A DNA stretch of 64,000 nt from an uncultured Methanosarcinaceae archaeon (lineage in GTDB: Archaea; Halobacteriota; Methanosarcinia; Methanosarcinales; Methanosarcinaceae), in contig CAWHXP010000003.1 in assembly GCA_963833425.1 (NCBI GenBank), forward strand, positions 560,182 to 624,181, read 5' to 3'. The position numbers and the translations under genes were made by a program. The notes beneath the pieces are model-generated. The model worked only from the letters and a program-made list of their open reading frames with translations, was not told the DNA's origin and did not search any database. Position 1 is the stretch's first letter, and each line of letters begins with the position of its first letter. Shown in pieces: positions 47,499-58,282 of this stretch.

Positions 47499-48166
47499 CT
47501 GTGTAGAAAAATTTTTGAATATTCAATTATAGGTAATGGAGTTAGATTATTGATCAAATACGATTAAACGAGCACATCAACCTTATTTAAGAGCCATTCT
47601 TGCAGTTATTGTTTTGAAGTAACTAACCAAATGACCTCTTTCAAACCCGTATATTCCGAAGAGTAAAACTATATATTTTATAAAAACAAATTTCCAAGTG
47701 TGGTCACTTTTCAACTGAAAAAATATTTTCAACCACAAAGCACATGCACATTGTTTTTTGGATAGTCATTCTCTACCTCATAATGAGCCTTTTGGGCTTA
47801 TATCAAAATTCATACTAGAATTATTTCCTCCAGTATGGCTTCTTTGCTGTTAAAATATTATTGTACTTAAAATGTTATGAAGATTTATATAAGCTCGAGA
47901 ATTAAAAGTAATATGAAAACCATTTCGATAAATTAAAAAATATAATTTCCAATAGAAAAGTTCATTTTGGAGATAAAGAATTACCAATTTATATTTCGTA
48001 GTTATTATTAATCATTAATATCTAAACTCGCATCAGGATTGGATTTCTGCAAAGTATATATTTTGCCGTTGATAGCTTTTCAACGGCTCTAGAAAGACAA
48101 AGCTTATTTTATCTTCTGGTAACCCCATATTGTCAAAGATAAATCAACCATTAAATCCGTCAGTAC

Positions 48167-48470
48167 TTATTCATTCATGAAAGGCATTGGGTAGATTATA
48201 GTGAGGTAAAGAATGCCTTTTACCATGATTTCCCAGTACATAAGGAGTTCCAAAGGATCATAGTCTTTCAAGTCTATCTTTTTGATTTCATCCACAATTT
48301 CACCATCAGCCAATGCAGCCAGTCTCAAAGCTTTTATCAAAGAACTAGCCACTTTTTCGTAACCTTTCTCTCCAATGAGCATACGTGCAGCATCTTGAAT
48401 AGAAACGATTTTCGTTTCTTCATCCGGTTAGATGCTAATCTTATCATCTTGAATGATCTTTTTATCCATA
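48167..48470 (-). pseudogene. hypothetical protein remnant with in-frame stop
   Basis: MDKKIIQDDKISI*PDEETKIVSIQDAARMLIGEKG...; protein-like sequence, family not recognised. Confidence 0.4.
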
Positions 48471-48677
48471 ATGAAATGTCTCCTAAGTAAGCATTTGAAA
48501 ACATCGTTAATAAGATTTATGTAGTCGAACTAAAAAATCAATAGCATTAAAGGTTTAAATGTCTAAAATACAAGATAATTTCGACAAACTTTTTCTTTTC
48601 ACAAGTCACTCATATATATAAGCATATGACAAAACATAAGGGTTGATCTAAATTATCTATTAGCTAATGAGGTGGTA

Positions 48678-49088
48678 TGAATACCTGATATAAACATATT
48701 TGAATCAACTTCGATATCATATAATTTACAGAAAATAGCTTTTTTTATTGTGATAATCGGATTCGTTGCAATGATAAAGAGACTAGGTAAATTAAGTAAA
48801 TACAAATTAAAAATACATGATATAATATTCACATTTGCATATTTATTAATAATTTTATCTCTTCCGCATATGATAAATTTTGCATACTTTATCGTAATTT
48901 CTCATAGAATTTCTTCTTTGATTTTAATCCATGGATTAATAGGAATTGTGGTTCTAGTTATGGGATTTGTATTTGTAATAAATAAAGGAAGCTTGAGAAT
49001 TAAAAGAGAATGGAAAACTAAAAGAAACATGCGAATTCTCGAAGCTTTATGGATTATAAATTTTATATTAGGTATTTTTATGGATTAG
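48678..49088 (+). pseudogene. small multi-pass membrane protein with TGA at codon 4
   Basis: SD gaggtgg then ATG AAT ACC TGA, in frame with hydrophobic ORF 48750-49088. Confidence 0.5.
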
Positions 49089-49170
49089 TGAGGTTGTGCC
49101 ATCACTAGATTTTACTGTTAACATAATCACATTAAAACGAGTACTCAAAGAAAATAAATTCCTAATATTT

Positions 49171-49780
49171 AGGTCCTGTAGAAATCCTTAATTTGATGCA
49201 AATTATCTCCATAACTTTTTTGTTTATGATAGATATTATTAATTTAATTTTAATCTCTTTTACTTGATAACAGAATTTCCCTGCCGTTAGTATTTCTCCT
49301 AATCTTCTTTTAACTACAGAGGATACTGTCTCCACAATATTTCTTTAATTATATTTAATTTTGTCAAAGACCAAGTTCAATTGTTTTCTATATTTTCCCC
49401 GTATTTTCCCCTTTTGCTTTCTCTTACAGATATAATTGAATCTGCTTTATTTCTTCTCTAATTATAGAATATATTTTTTCTGAATCGTATACTCTATCCA
49501 TTATATAACAATCAGACTTTCTCGTCTTATTTGATTGTTTTATCAGAGCATTTGCATTTTTGATTTTATGGTCTGTTTTTTGACTAATTTTCCACCCCAA
49601 TATTGCCTTTTTACTTGTGATTACTAATATTGAAGTTCTCAGTAAGCTTCTTCGAAGCTTCCCTGTTCTTCTGGAATAATAAAACTTGCATATAAACACG
49701 TAAATTCTGTTGCGTCAATCGCTGCAACAGAGACAGTTACTCCATATGAGTAAAACAGCTTTAGAATTCTTTACAGAAAA
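49171..49780 (-). mobile_element. IS5-family (DDE_Tnp_1 type) transposase remnant
   Basis: AIDATEF...YYSRRTGKLRRS...CYIMDRVYDSEKI...RNIVET with stops and shifts; end aggtcctgtagaaatcc. Confidence 0.7.
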
Positions 49781-49924
49781 AGGTATTCAGCTAGAGAACC
49801 CCAGTTTAAAAACTCTGCCAAAAATATAAAATTTTTTTATATGACCATCAATTTAACTTAGCAACTATTACAGTTTATGGAGTAGATTCAATCCGTTTTT
49901 TATGAAGTAAAGATGAGTTTTTAG

Positions 49925-50276
49925 GTTATCATCACCACGATATAATTATTTTGGATTGGAATTTACCAAAAAAAGATGGAAGTGAAGTTTTTAAAGAAAT
50001 AAAATGAATAGTAGCCTTAAAAGCATACCTGCAATCATTTTAACTACTGCTAGCGCTGAAACGGACATAATCAAAGTTTATGATCTTAATGCCAATGCCT
50101 ATATCGTTAAACCTATTGACTTTGACGAATTTATGAAAGTAATTAGATCCATAGAAGACTTTTGGCTTAAAGTCATAACATTACCACCAAAAAAAGATCA
50201 GAAGCTGAATTCAAATGATAGCATTATGCATATCTCGTGTAAAATCTGCTCTTCACCCCTTAATATCCTTTTTTAA
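49925..50276 (+). pseudogene. 5'-truncated, frameshifted single-domain response regulator
   Basis: DIIILDWNLPKKDGSEVFKEIK / LKSIPAIILTT...NANAYIVKPIDFDEF...FWL. Confidence 0.8.
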
Positions 50277-50386
50277 TTATACGACAATAATATCTAAAGT
50301 GTTTAATTTTTGCTCCAAATACCTAATTCCAAACTTCTAAAATTTTCTATCTATGATTATGCTTTAGTTAAATTAGTTTCAACTGT

Positions 50387-50431
50387 TCCATGAGCTCCAT
50401 AAGCTCTATGAGTAACATAAGCTCCATGAGT
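50387..50431. repeat. 9-bp tandem repeat, five units
   Basis: tccatgagc tccataagc tctatgagt aacataagc tccatgagt. Confidence 0.8.
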
Positions 50432-50671
50432 AATATATCAACAATGATTTCTATTTCAGATGGGTCTATTGAAATATTCTTACTAGTCCTAATTATGACT
50501 GATTTCAAAAAAAAAGATGAATTTTGATATAAAGGTGATTTAATTTAATACAAATTATGCTTTAAATTAATAATTAAAATTTTTGATAGTTGTAATGTTA
50601 TGCAAATAAATCACACAGAAGGTTACAAAAAGGATTGGTGGCAGCAACGCTATCATCTTTCAGTTTAATGC

Positions 50672-51175
50672 TCATAATGTCTTTGAGCCTGAGGATTTTA
50701 ACAAAGCATTTAATAATAAATCAGCAGATTCCCCTTTTATAATAAGTACTGCTTTTCTCGAGTGTCTAATCACATTTTCGGCTACACTTCCAACCAGGAA
50801 TCTCTGGAGTTCAGTTTTTTCGTGTGTGCCCATAACTATAAGGTCGATGTCGATTTTTTCTGCAAAACTGATAATCTCATTTGTAGGTTTTCCTTCCAGA
50901 ATTACAGATTCTACCTCAATATTTGCAGCTTTTCCAACGTTCTCGACATAAGCTATTGCTGCCTCACCCTTTATTGTAAGTTGCTTTTTCATTGTTTTTT
51001 CCCATTCTTCATCCAAGGAATGAATTATCGAATGACTCCCTAGTGTGATCACGTGTACAGCATATAGTTTTGCCTCGCTTAATTTTGCAATTTCAACTGC
51101 TGACTTAACTGCTTGTTTTACCAATTCCGAACAGTCGGTTGAAACCATTATCTTCCTGAAAATAGCACTTTTCAT
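50672..51175 (-). CDS. universal stress protein (UspA family)
   Basis: KIMVSTD.SE, LYAVHV, DLIVMGTH, LVGSVAENVIRHS. Confidence 0.9.
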   Translation of the reverse strand: MKSAIFRKIMVSTDCSELVKQAVKSAVEIAKLSEAKLYAVHVITLGSHSIIHSLDEEWEKTMKKQLTIKGEAAIAYVENVGKAANIEVESVILEGKPTNEIISFAEKIDIDLIVMGTHEKTELQRFLVGSVAENVIRHSRKAVLIIKGESADLLLNALLKSSGSKTL

Positions 51176-51219
51176 TTCTAATTTCCCGTTTTCATTTTGC
51201 TCTTTACATCAATATAGGA

Positions 51220-51369
51220 GGTTCCGTTGCAAAAATAATATTTCTGCATTTTGACACTATAATTTTCACCTTTATGTGTTATTTTCTTCCTAATTAAAAT
51301 GATTAACTTTCCTAATTGTGAAGGTTTTTTCTGATTTTGCAAGAAAGCCAAACTTTTTGCAACGGAATC
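51220..51369. mobile_element. MITE family C (TIR GGTTCCGTTGCAAAAA)
   Basis: ggttccgttgcaaaaa ... tttttgcaacggaatc; a solo end also at ~52261. Confidence 0.75.
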
Positions 51370-51700
51370 GCTGTAAGAGTATCTTGAATCTATTGGACGC
51401 ATCCAGCAAAGCTCTAGGAGCAATGGTTGCAGCAATAAATTGTCCACCGATCATCAGCCAGCTCCAGGGCGAAGGTATTATGTAGAGAAAAGTTTCTGGA
51501 TTTTTGTAGAGCAGGTATGCGAGCGGCAATATAGTTAGCAGTGCGATGAGGCTGAATACTGGCATATACAACAATTCTGCCCTGGAATCCAAGATTTTAG
51601 TGACACAGCGTTTGAAAAACAGACTTGCCATAAGACTGTGAATAGCTGCGAATGTCACCAGCAAAAAAACAAGGATAAGTATAAACAAAACCAATTCCAA
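51370..51700 (-). pseudogene. membrane protein (NnrU/ICMT-like N-terminus) truncated by the family C MITE
   Basis: FAAIHSLMAS...LYMPVFSLIALLT...LYIIPSPWSWLMIGGQ; the frame runs directly into the MITE TIR. Confidence 0.6.
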
Positions 51701-51790
51701 TGATCTTCAATTTTCTATTTGAATAACTTGTACTTAATATTTGTGACTTGACGGAGCTGTCACATCTTTTGGTGTGAATTCATTCTCTAA

Positions 51791-52062
51791 AGCCTGTCTT
51801 AAAATTAAATTTTATTCTGCAATTGAGATGGAACTTATGTATTTGAACTGAAAAAAGTATCATTAAACTGTTAAATATTTCGTAAATTTAAGCCGTAATC
51901 TTTATTGTACTTGATTTGATATCTTGGTGCGTAAGCCTTCGGGATAAAGTACTATTCTTGAGTTCAATATATCCTGAATTTCGAAAAAATTTACGATCTT
52001 AATTTAACATTAACGTTGCTTATTATCCAATGGCAGAAATTGTTTGAATTTTAAGACAGCCT
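51791..52062. mobile_element. MITE family D (~35-bp TIR AGGCTGTCTTAAAATT) containing a nested family B MITE (51830-51939)
   Basis: agcctgtcttaaaattaaattttattctgcaattg ... caatggcagaaattgtttgaattttaagacagcct; inner ggaacttatgta...ggtgcgtaagcc. Confidence 0.7.
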
Positions 52063-52573
52063 CCTAAATGTTAATTATTTAATTCAATATATAATATCAT
52101 CGGAATGTAAATGAGGCACCAAAATATCAACTAAAATTTTTACGAGATTTAAAGGATCTCTAAATCCACTATTTTCCACAATAACGCCATATTCAACTCT
52201 AAATTCATAACCTGAAATTATTTGAGCGTTATTAATTGAAAATTAGATTGATTTTTATGCGGTTCCGTTGCAAAAAATTCAAAATAAGCATGTAAATCTA
52301 TAAGTAATGAATAAAAATCAAAATATTTGAGGAAAATGTACTAACATTATAAAACTATACCAAACAATTGATTAATGTATTTGACTTCATTAAAAACAGA
52401 GTAATTTAGATCATTTACTTGTCCTTTTTTGATCATATTCAAGCTTCGATTCCTTTTAAAGTCTTATTGACAGATCGAAAAGACTGAAATCCTAACATTG
52501 AACTTTCGATATCTCTATTACAATCAACTCTACTATACTTCTTTGCTTGTTTTTCTATCTGAATTCAACTCAC

Positions 52574-52730
52574 TCAATGGTCACAGTACATACAAATGGC
52601 CTTCTCCCACTCTTCATTCTGAAATTTCCACTTCAATTCCCAGCATTTAATTGCCTTTATCATCTTCACAAAATCCACCCCACTTTCAGTTAGGCACTAC
52701 TCGAATTTTGGGAGATTTGTCGAGTCATCT
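52574..52730 (-). pseudogene. HxlR-type winged-helix regulator C-terminal remnant
   Basis: PKFE*CLTESGVDFVKMIKAIKCWELKWKFQNEEWEKAICMYCDH. Confidence 0.5.
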
Positions 52731-53120
52731 CTAAATGATTTTTTATTATGTTTTACTATGCTGTTTACGTTTAATATATCTAGATATCAATGGAATAGCA
52801 ATCGTTCATCCCAAAAGTTTCTGTCACGGTCCATGGAACCAGGATTACGTATATTCGATGCAATTTAGTTTAAGTAGTTACTCTGTAAAATGCATGTAAA
52901 AAATATATTTGATATCATGTTGGAAAGTAAAAAGGTGATCTTTCTATATGAATTTTATTTGTATTTGGTTAAGATAAAAAAACATCAAAAAAGTTATTTT
53001 ATGCCAAATACCCATCTTTTTCTTTATTTGTTTCCTTGATTTGCATGCATCAGTTCAATTTACATTATAAAAGTATCTAAAAACCATGAATCATTTAGTC
53101 AATAATAGTTCTCTAAAAAA

Positions 53121-53465
53121 TTAGACAGTTGAGAGTTTAACATGTTCAACTGTGTAAGTCCGACTCTCTTTCCAAGCTCGATAATTTCGTAAGTCAGCTA
53201 CAATTAATTTAGTAGCTATATAAATCACAGCGAGATCATCTACAAATACAACTTTTTTTATTTCCCTGATGAGGGATACACCAATACAAATGCCAATACC
53301 TACTAACGCAATTATCGTTTTCCACGGAACCTTTGGGTATTCGTTATTCAAGAAGTCATGCAACATAGAAACTGTTAGTTTGCCCTCTTCTAGAAGTTTA
53401 TCGAGAAATTCTGGTATACCATCATAATTTCCTTTTTTAAGAAATTTCATAATATCAGAAAACAT
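53121..53465 (-). pseudogene. YkvA/DUF1232-like protein, probably degenerate
   Basis: YPKVPWKTIIALVG...FVDDLAVIYIATKLIVADLRNYRAWK. Confidence 0.55.
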
Positions 53466-54700
53466 TTGCTTCGTGTTTACTTCGTTCATGAGGGGAACAA
53501 CGACATCTATTGTGAAGTTATTGCTGTGAGCGATCCTTCTGAAAATTTTAATTATCCAGAAGAAGTTGTTTTTCAAATTGAAAGGAACAAGCTCGAAGAT
53601 TACTACCGAGCTGCAGATTTTATAAATCATTCCGATGCAGACGTTATCTGTCTTCAACATGAATTCGGTCTTTTTGGGGGTGACGCAGGAGATTATATTT
53701 TCACTCTTCTATCAGGAATAAGCAAGCCTGTAATAACAACAATGCACACTGTGATCCTGGAGTCTGAACTTGACGAGTACCGAGTATCTACTGAAAAGCT
53801 AGTAATGTATTCCGACAAATTTGGTGTAAAGAGTCAGACTGCAGCAACATACTAAAAAATAGTTATGGAGTTTCTAAAGACAAAATCCAAGTCATCTTCC
53901 ATGGGATGCCGGACTATCCGTTCAGCAATTGTGATAAGTATAAAAAGATGCTGAATCTTTCCGGGTCTCCACTTATCCTCACTTTCGGCTTGCTGAGCCA
54001 AAACAAAGGTGTCGAAAGTATGCTCAAAGCCCTTCCGGATGTTATAAATCAACATCCTGACCTTGTTTACCTTATTCTGGGCACCACGTATCCCATGATC
54101 AAAAAAAAATATGGAGAAGCATACAGGCAATATCTTAAGAACATTGTTTCCGAACTTGAGATTGAGAATAATATAGTATTCCATGATAAGTTTGTTGAAA
54201 AATAAGAACTCTGCAATTATATTCTTGCAAGTGATATTTATGTATCTCCCTATCTTTCCAGAGAACAGATCGTAAGCTGGACTCTGACCTATGCCATAGG
54301 CATGGGAAAATCAATCGTCTTCACTCCTTATTGGTATGCTGAGGAAATGCTTTCCGATAACTGTGGGTTACTTATAGATTTTGGAGACGCTGAAGGCTTT
54401 AAAAATTCTCTTTTATACTTAATTGAAAATCCAGAAAAGTGTAATATTGTGCGTCAAAATGCATACGATTTTGGCAGAAAAATGATATGGTGAAACATAG
54501 GCAACGAATATACTACTGCCTTCCATGAAGCTTTAAACAACTACATTACCTATCCCAAAATACGAAACATCGCTAATTTCCTTCCAAATAATTTGTCTGA
54601 AGTAAAAGTTGACCACCTTAAGCTATTGAATGATAACGTGGCATTATACCGCATACCTATCTGGCTGTATCGGCTTTCCATCATGGGTACAACACTAATG
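53466..54700 (+). pseudogene. glycosyltransferase family 4 pseudogene
   Basis: CLQHEFGLFGG, KPVITTMHTV, LTFGLLSQNKG, SDIYVSPY, TPYWYAEEML; multiple stops and shifts. Confidence 0.85.
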
Positions 54701-54778
54701 ATAGGTTCAGAAAATTTTTCAGTGATCCAAAAAAAGGTGATTTTAACTTGAAATAAAATCAAAAATATAGATATCCGA

Positions 54779-54895
54779 ATGATTTGATCAATTGGACTGA
54801 GAAATCAATAAGCTTAAAAATCTCAAGCTATCCAAATAGTGAATTTAATCACACTGTCTCATGTACTTGATTTAATCATCAAGTACGTAAGTTCT
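54779..54895. mobile_element. degenerate MITE family B copy
   Basis: ttggactgagaaatcaa...tgtacttgatttaatcatcaagtacgtaagttct. Confidence 0.5.
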
Positions 54896-54930
54896 AACAT
54901 ATATAGAGCTAAGTATCAAGAGTTAAAACT

Positions 54931-55500
54931 ATGGTAACTGCAGATATTCCTTTATTTTTGACAACAAAGACGATAAACGGAGACAAAGTCATCAATCTGG
55001 CTGGAGAACATCTGGGAAAGATTGAAGACCTAATGATTGATCTAGAAAATGGCAGAGTAGCATATGCAGTACTCTCTTTTGGTGGGTTCCTGGGTTTTGG
55101 AAATAAACTGTTTGCTTTCCCCTGGGAAACTCTTTCAGTGAGGCCACATGAGCACGCTTTCGCTCTTGATGTTAGCAAGGAAATCCTGAAAAGGGCAGAA
55201 GACTTTGATAAGAACGACTGGCCTGTAACTTGTGAGCAGCTCGCAACTTCAACTCGTGAGTGGCTAGCCAATATTTTCACTTGTTATGGTGCAAGCCTTA
55301 CTGGCAGACAGAGATTTTAGATCAGACAGAAAAAGAGAGACCAGACGAGATAGAATCAGAAAGGATGGTCCGGATAGAAAAGAAGGCAGAGAACCAAAAG
55401 AAGAAACAGAAAAAGCTAATGTTGAGTCCATACACCCCTCTGAAAAAGAAAGGGGAGGTAAAAAGAGAAGCCTTTTGGATACCTGCAAGTAAAGAGACTG
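54931..55500 (+). pseudogene. PRC-barrel domain protein, frameshifted near the C-terminus
   Basis: INGDKVINLAGEHLGKIEDLMIDLENGRVAYAVLSFGGFLG; the YG-KPYWQ continuation is in another frame. Confidence 0.8.
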
Positions 55501-55716
55501 GTAGTGGAAGTGGGTTATTGATAAAATCTAAAAAACAAGCATATTACCCTTTTAGGGGATAATTGTGAGAGATTATTATGTTTATTATTTTTCAGTAACT
55601 TGCACACACGCCCCAATCTGTATTCCAACAAAGAAATTGTAAAATTAGATCTCATATGCCAAATATACTATTCATAGTGAAATCGATGATCATAAATGGA
55701 GTAACTGTCTGATATG

Positions 55717-55876
55717 ATGGCGGATTTGATAGGACTTGCGGTTAGATTTATTAATATTAGCACTGATTGCGTTTATATTGGGCGCACGGGGAATTGCTGG
55801 TTTCTCTATGGAGATTGCAAAGTGGCTCATCATAATTTTTATTATACTTACAATTCTCACGTTTTTCTTCAGGTGA
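55717..55876 (+). pseudogene. DUF1328/UPF0391 small membrane protein with a +1 frameshift
   Basis: MADLIGLAV.. / [41 protein letters not shown]. Confidence 0.75.
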
Positions 55877-55910
55877 CAGAATAATATCACAAAGTAATGG
55901 ATATAAATTT

Positions 55911-56016
55911 AGGACTTACTCAGTTGAACTGAAGAATCAATGGCATTAAACCTAAATGTAAATTTAAACCACAATATCTATTGTACTTGGAATTATACCT
56001 CACGTGCGTAAGTTCT
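55911..56016. mobile_element. MITE family B
   Basis: aggacttactcagttgaactg ... gtgcgtaagttct. Confidence 0.75.
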
Positions 56017-56041
56017 AAACTATAAATCTGATAAGGTAATC

Positions 56042-56076
56042 CGGTAAGGAGGAACCAGAATTGTTCCTCCTTACCG
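56042..56076. other. perfect 14-bp stem hairpin
   Basis: cggtaaggaggaac-cagaatt-gttcctccttaccg. Confidence 0.8.
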
Positions 56077-56352
56077 TGAATCACAAATTAATGAAGGAAT
56101 TCAACAAGTTTCAGGGTAAAGCGGTAGTACCATCTATGGTCGCTTAGTTAGGTATTTGCTTATTTCATATAAACCTGCAATTGTACATTGGTTAGGGACA
56201 CAAAAACCACGAAATAAGACCCAAAAATTACATCGATTTAATTTCAAGTTCACGTTTTATAATATCTGTTTTTTGGCAATTTTATTCAACCACATTTCAG
56301 GGAAAATATTACAGATCGTGTTTTTAAACTAAGGAGCGACTGGAACACTATT

Positions 56353-56443
56353 GAGAATTTTGATAAACCTCCAATTTCAACAAATTGTTTATATTTATAC
56401 TTTATGAGCAATCAGCAAAACATTGGGATTTATCAAAATTCTC
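56353..56443. mobile_element. MITE family A copy
   Basis: gagaattttgataaa ... tttatcaaaattctc; near-identical inverted partner of 45173-45263. Confidence 0.85.
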
Positions 56444-56631
56444 TATCGAATGGATTTAATATATTTAAGTAATATGAAATATTTGGCAAAAATAACATTT
56501 TAAATGTTAACCGATGACCAATGACCAATGAATATCCTTTAGATATCTTGGATGTAACAATATGAAATGCAAAATGCCGGTTGAATGCTCATGTCATCTA
56601 CTATTGTTGGTTTTCATTCTCTCAGGGCAGT

Positions 56632-57010
56632 ATGACCAAATCATCGCAATCCACATCGCCCCTTATAAGGCGAGACAAGGAGAATAAGGCCTTATGCTCC
56701 TGAGGACCCTTAAACGGCTGCTCGGAAATATCGGCCCTGGAGTCATCACCGATGCTGATCCCTCCGGTATCGCAACCTACGTGCAAACTGGAGCCATCTT
56801 CGGGTACGGTCAACTCTGGCTCGTTTGGTTCATCTGTCCATTCATGATCGTCATCCTGCAGATGTGCGGCCGGATCGGGATGGTGACTGGAAAGGGACTA
56901 GCCAGCGTCATTCGCGAGAACTATTCGAGGCGGGTGCTGTACATAACAGTCTCTTTGCTCGTGATCGCGAACACGATCAACATCGGCGCGGATCTCGAGG
57001 CTATGGCCTC
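56632..57010 (+). pseudogene. NRAMP-family divalent metal transporter, 5' fragment cut by the junction
   Basis: IGPGVIT(-)DADPSGIATYVQTGAIFGY...MCGRIGMVTGKGL...NTINIGADLEAMA. Confidence 0.85.
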
Positions 57011-58273
57011 GGACAGGCGCTCGGCGAAACGGTCGGCCCCGGCGCAGACCTCTATTCGCTCGGAGTGATGTTCTACGAAATGCTCACGGGGCGTCACCCC
57101 TTCGAGGCCGACGGATCGCATGGCGATCCTCTCGATGCACATCGTCGCGCCCGTACCTCCGATGAAGGAACGGAACCCATCGATCGACGTTCCGAAGCCG
57201 ATCGAGGACCTCGTTCGCGCCCTTCTCGAAAAAGATGTGAAGGTGCGTCCCCAACACCGCTCGCGCGCTAATCGAGCGCATCGATCGCGCCATGGCCGAG
57301 AGCGGGATCTCGCTGCCGTCGCCGACCTCCGGATCAGCTTGGTGGCGGCGCCGATCTCCGGGAGCGACGTCACTTCCGGGACGCGAAGCTGGCAGCGAAC
57401 CGATGCCCTCGCGCCAACCATTTGGGCTTGTCCGCACCGAGCGCCGTCGAGGTTCGCCAGGGCAACATCCGGCTCCATCGAACGGGTGAAAGGGATCCTC
57501 CTCGGACCTCGGCATGGTCTTGGCGCCGGCGCCCTCTTCCTGTTCGCGACCTTCGCGTTCATGCACCGTTGGTCGGAGAACGTCGCGCGAGACGCTGACG
57601 GGTCGCCGGGCACGATCGCGACGACCGCGAAAGTCGCGGCGCTTCGTGCAACCCCGGAGGCACTGCGGTCGGCGACGGGAAAAGGGACGCCGGCGCTCGA
57701 ACACCTCGCAGCGGAATTCCCATCCGACCCGCGGTCCACGAGCAGCTCGCGAAGGCCCTCCTCGAAGCGGATCGCGTCGACAACGCGCTCGCCGAGAGAT
57801 CCGAACGCTGGCGACACTCGACCCGAGTTCCGTCGACGCCCCGCTCGTCGACGCGGTCGCGAATGCGGCGCGCAAGGACAGCACGGCGGACGACGCCTTC
57901 GCTTTGCTCGAAGGTCCTCTCGGTGCCCGAGGCTTCGACGTCTTGCTCGACTGTCGACGACACGCACCGTGCCGCCTGCCCTTCAACGACGGGCCGCGAA
58001 GAGCATCGCGCGCGCGGAGGTTCGCACCAACGCGTCACCCGCGGCGTCGAATCCTGCTGGATTTTCACGCCGCGAAGATCGTGTCCCGATCGTCACGAGC
58101 TACTCGAGCGGGCCAAGGACGACGGCGACGCACGCATGCTCAAGCAGCTCAAGGATTTGCGCGTCGCCCACGGGTGCGGGTTCATGGGGATGCGCGACTG
58201 CTGACCATGCATGCGCAAAGACAGCGCCCTCGAAGACGCCGTCACCGCCATCGAAGCCCGCTCGCATCGCTAG
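57011..58273 (+). CDS. eukaryotic-like Ser/Thr protein kinase, C-terminal part, myxobacterial type (frameshifted read)
   Basis: QALGETVGPGADLYSLGVMFYEMLTGRHPF, then VPKPIEDLVRALLEKD; C-terminal GCGFMGMRDC.PC. Confidence 0.8.
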
Positions 58274-58282
58274 GTCCTCGCC

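Noticed and set aside
42481..55500. Pyrrolysine (UAG) read-through or programmed frameshifting explaining the split ORFs
   Set aside because: The breaks I examined are TAA/TGA stops or irregular indels, often several per gene, and some catalytic residues are also altered
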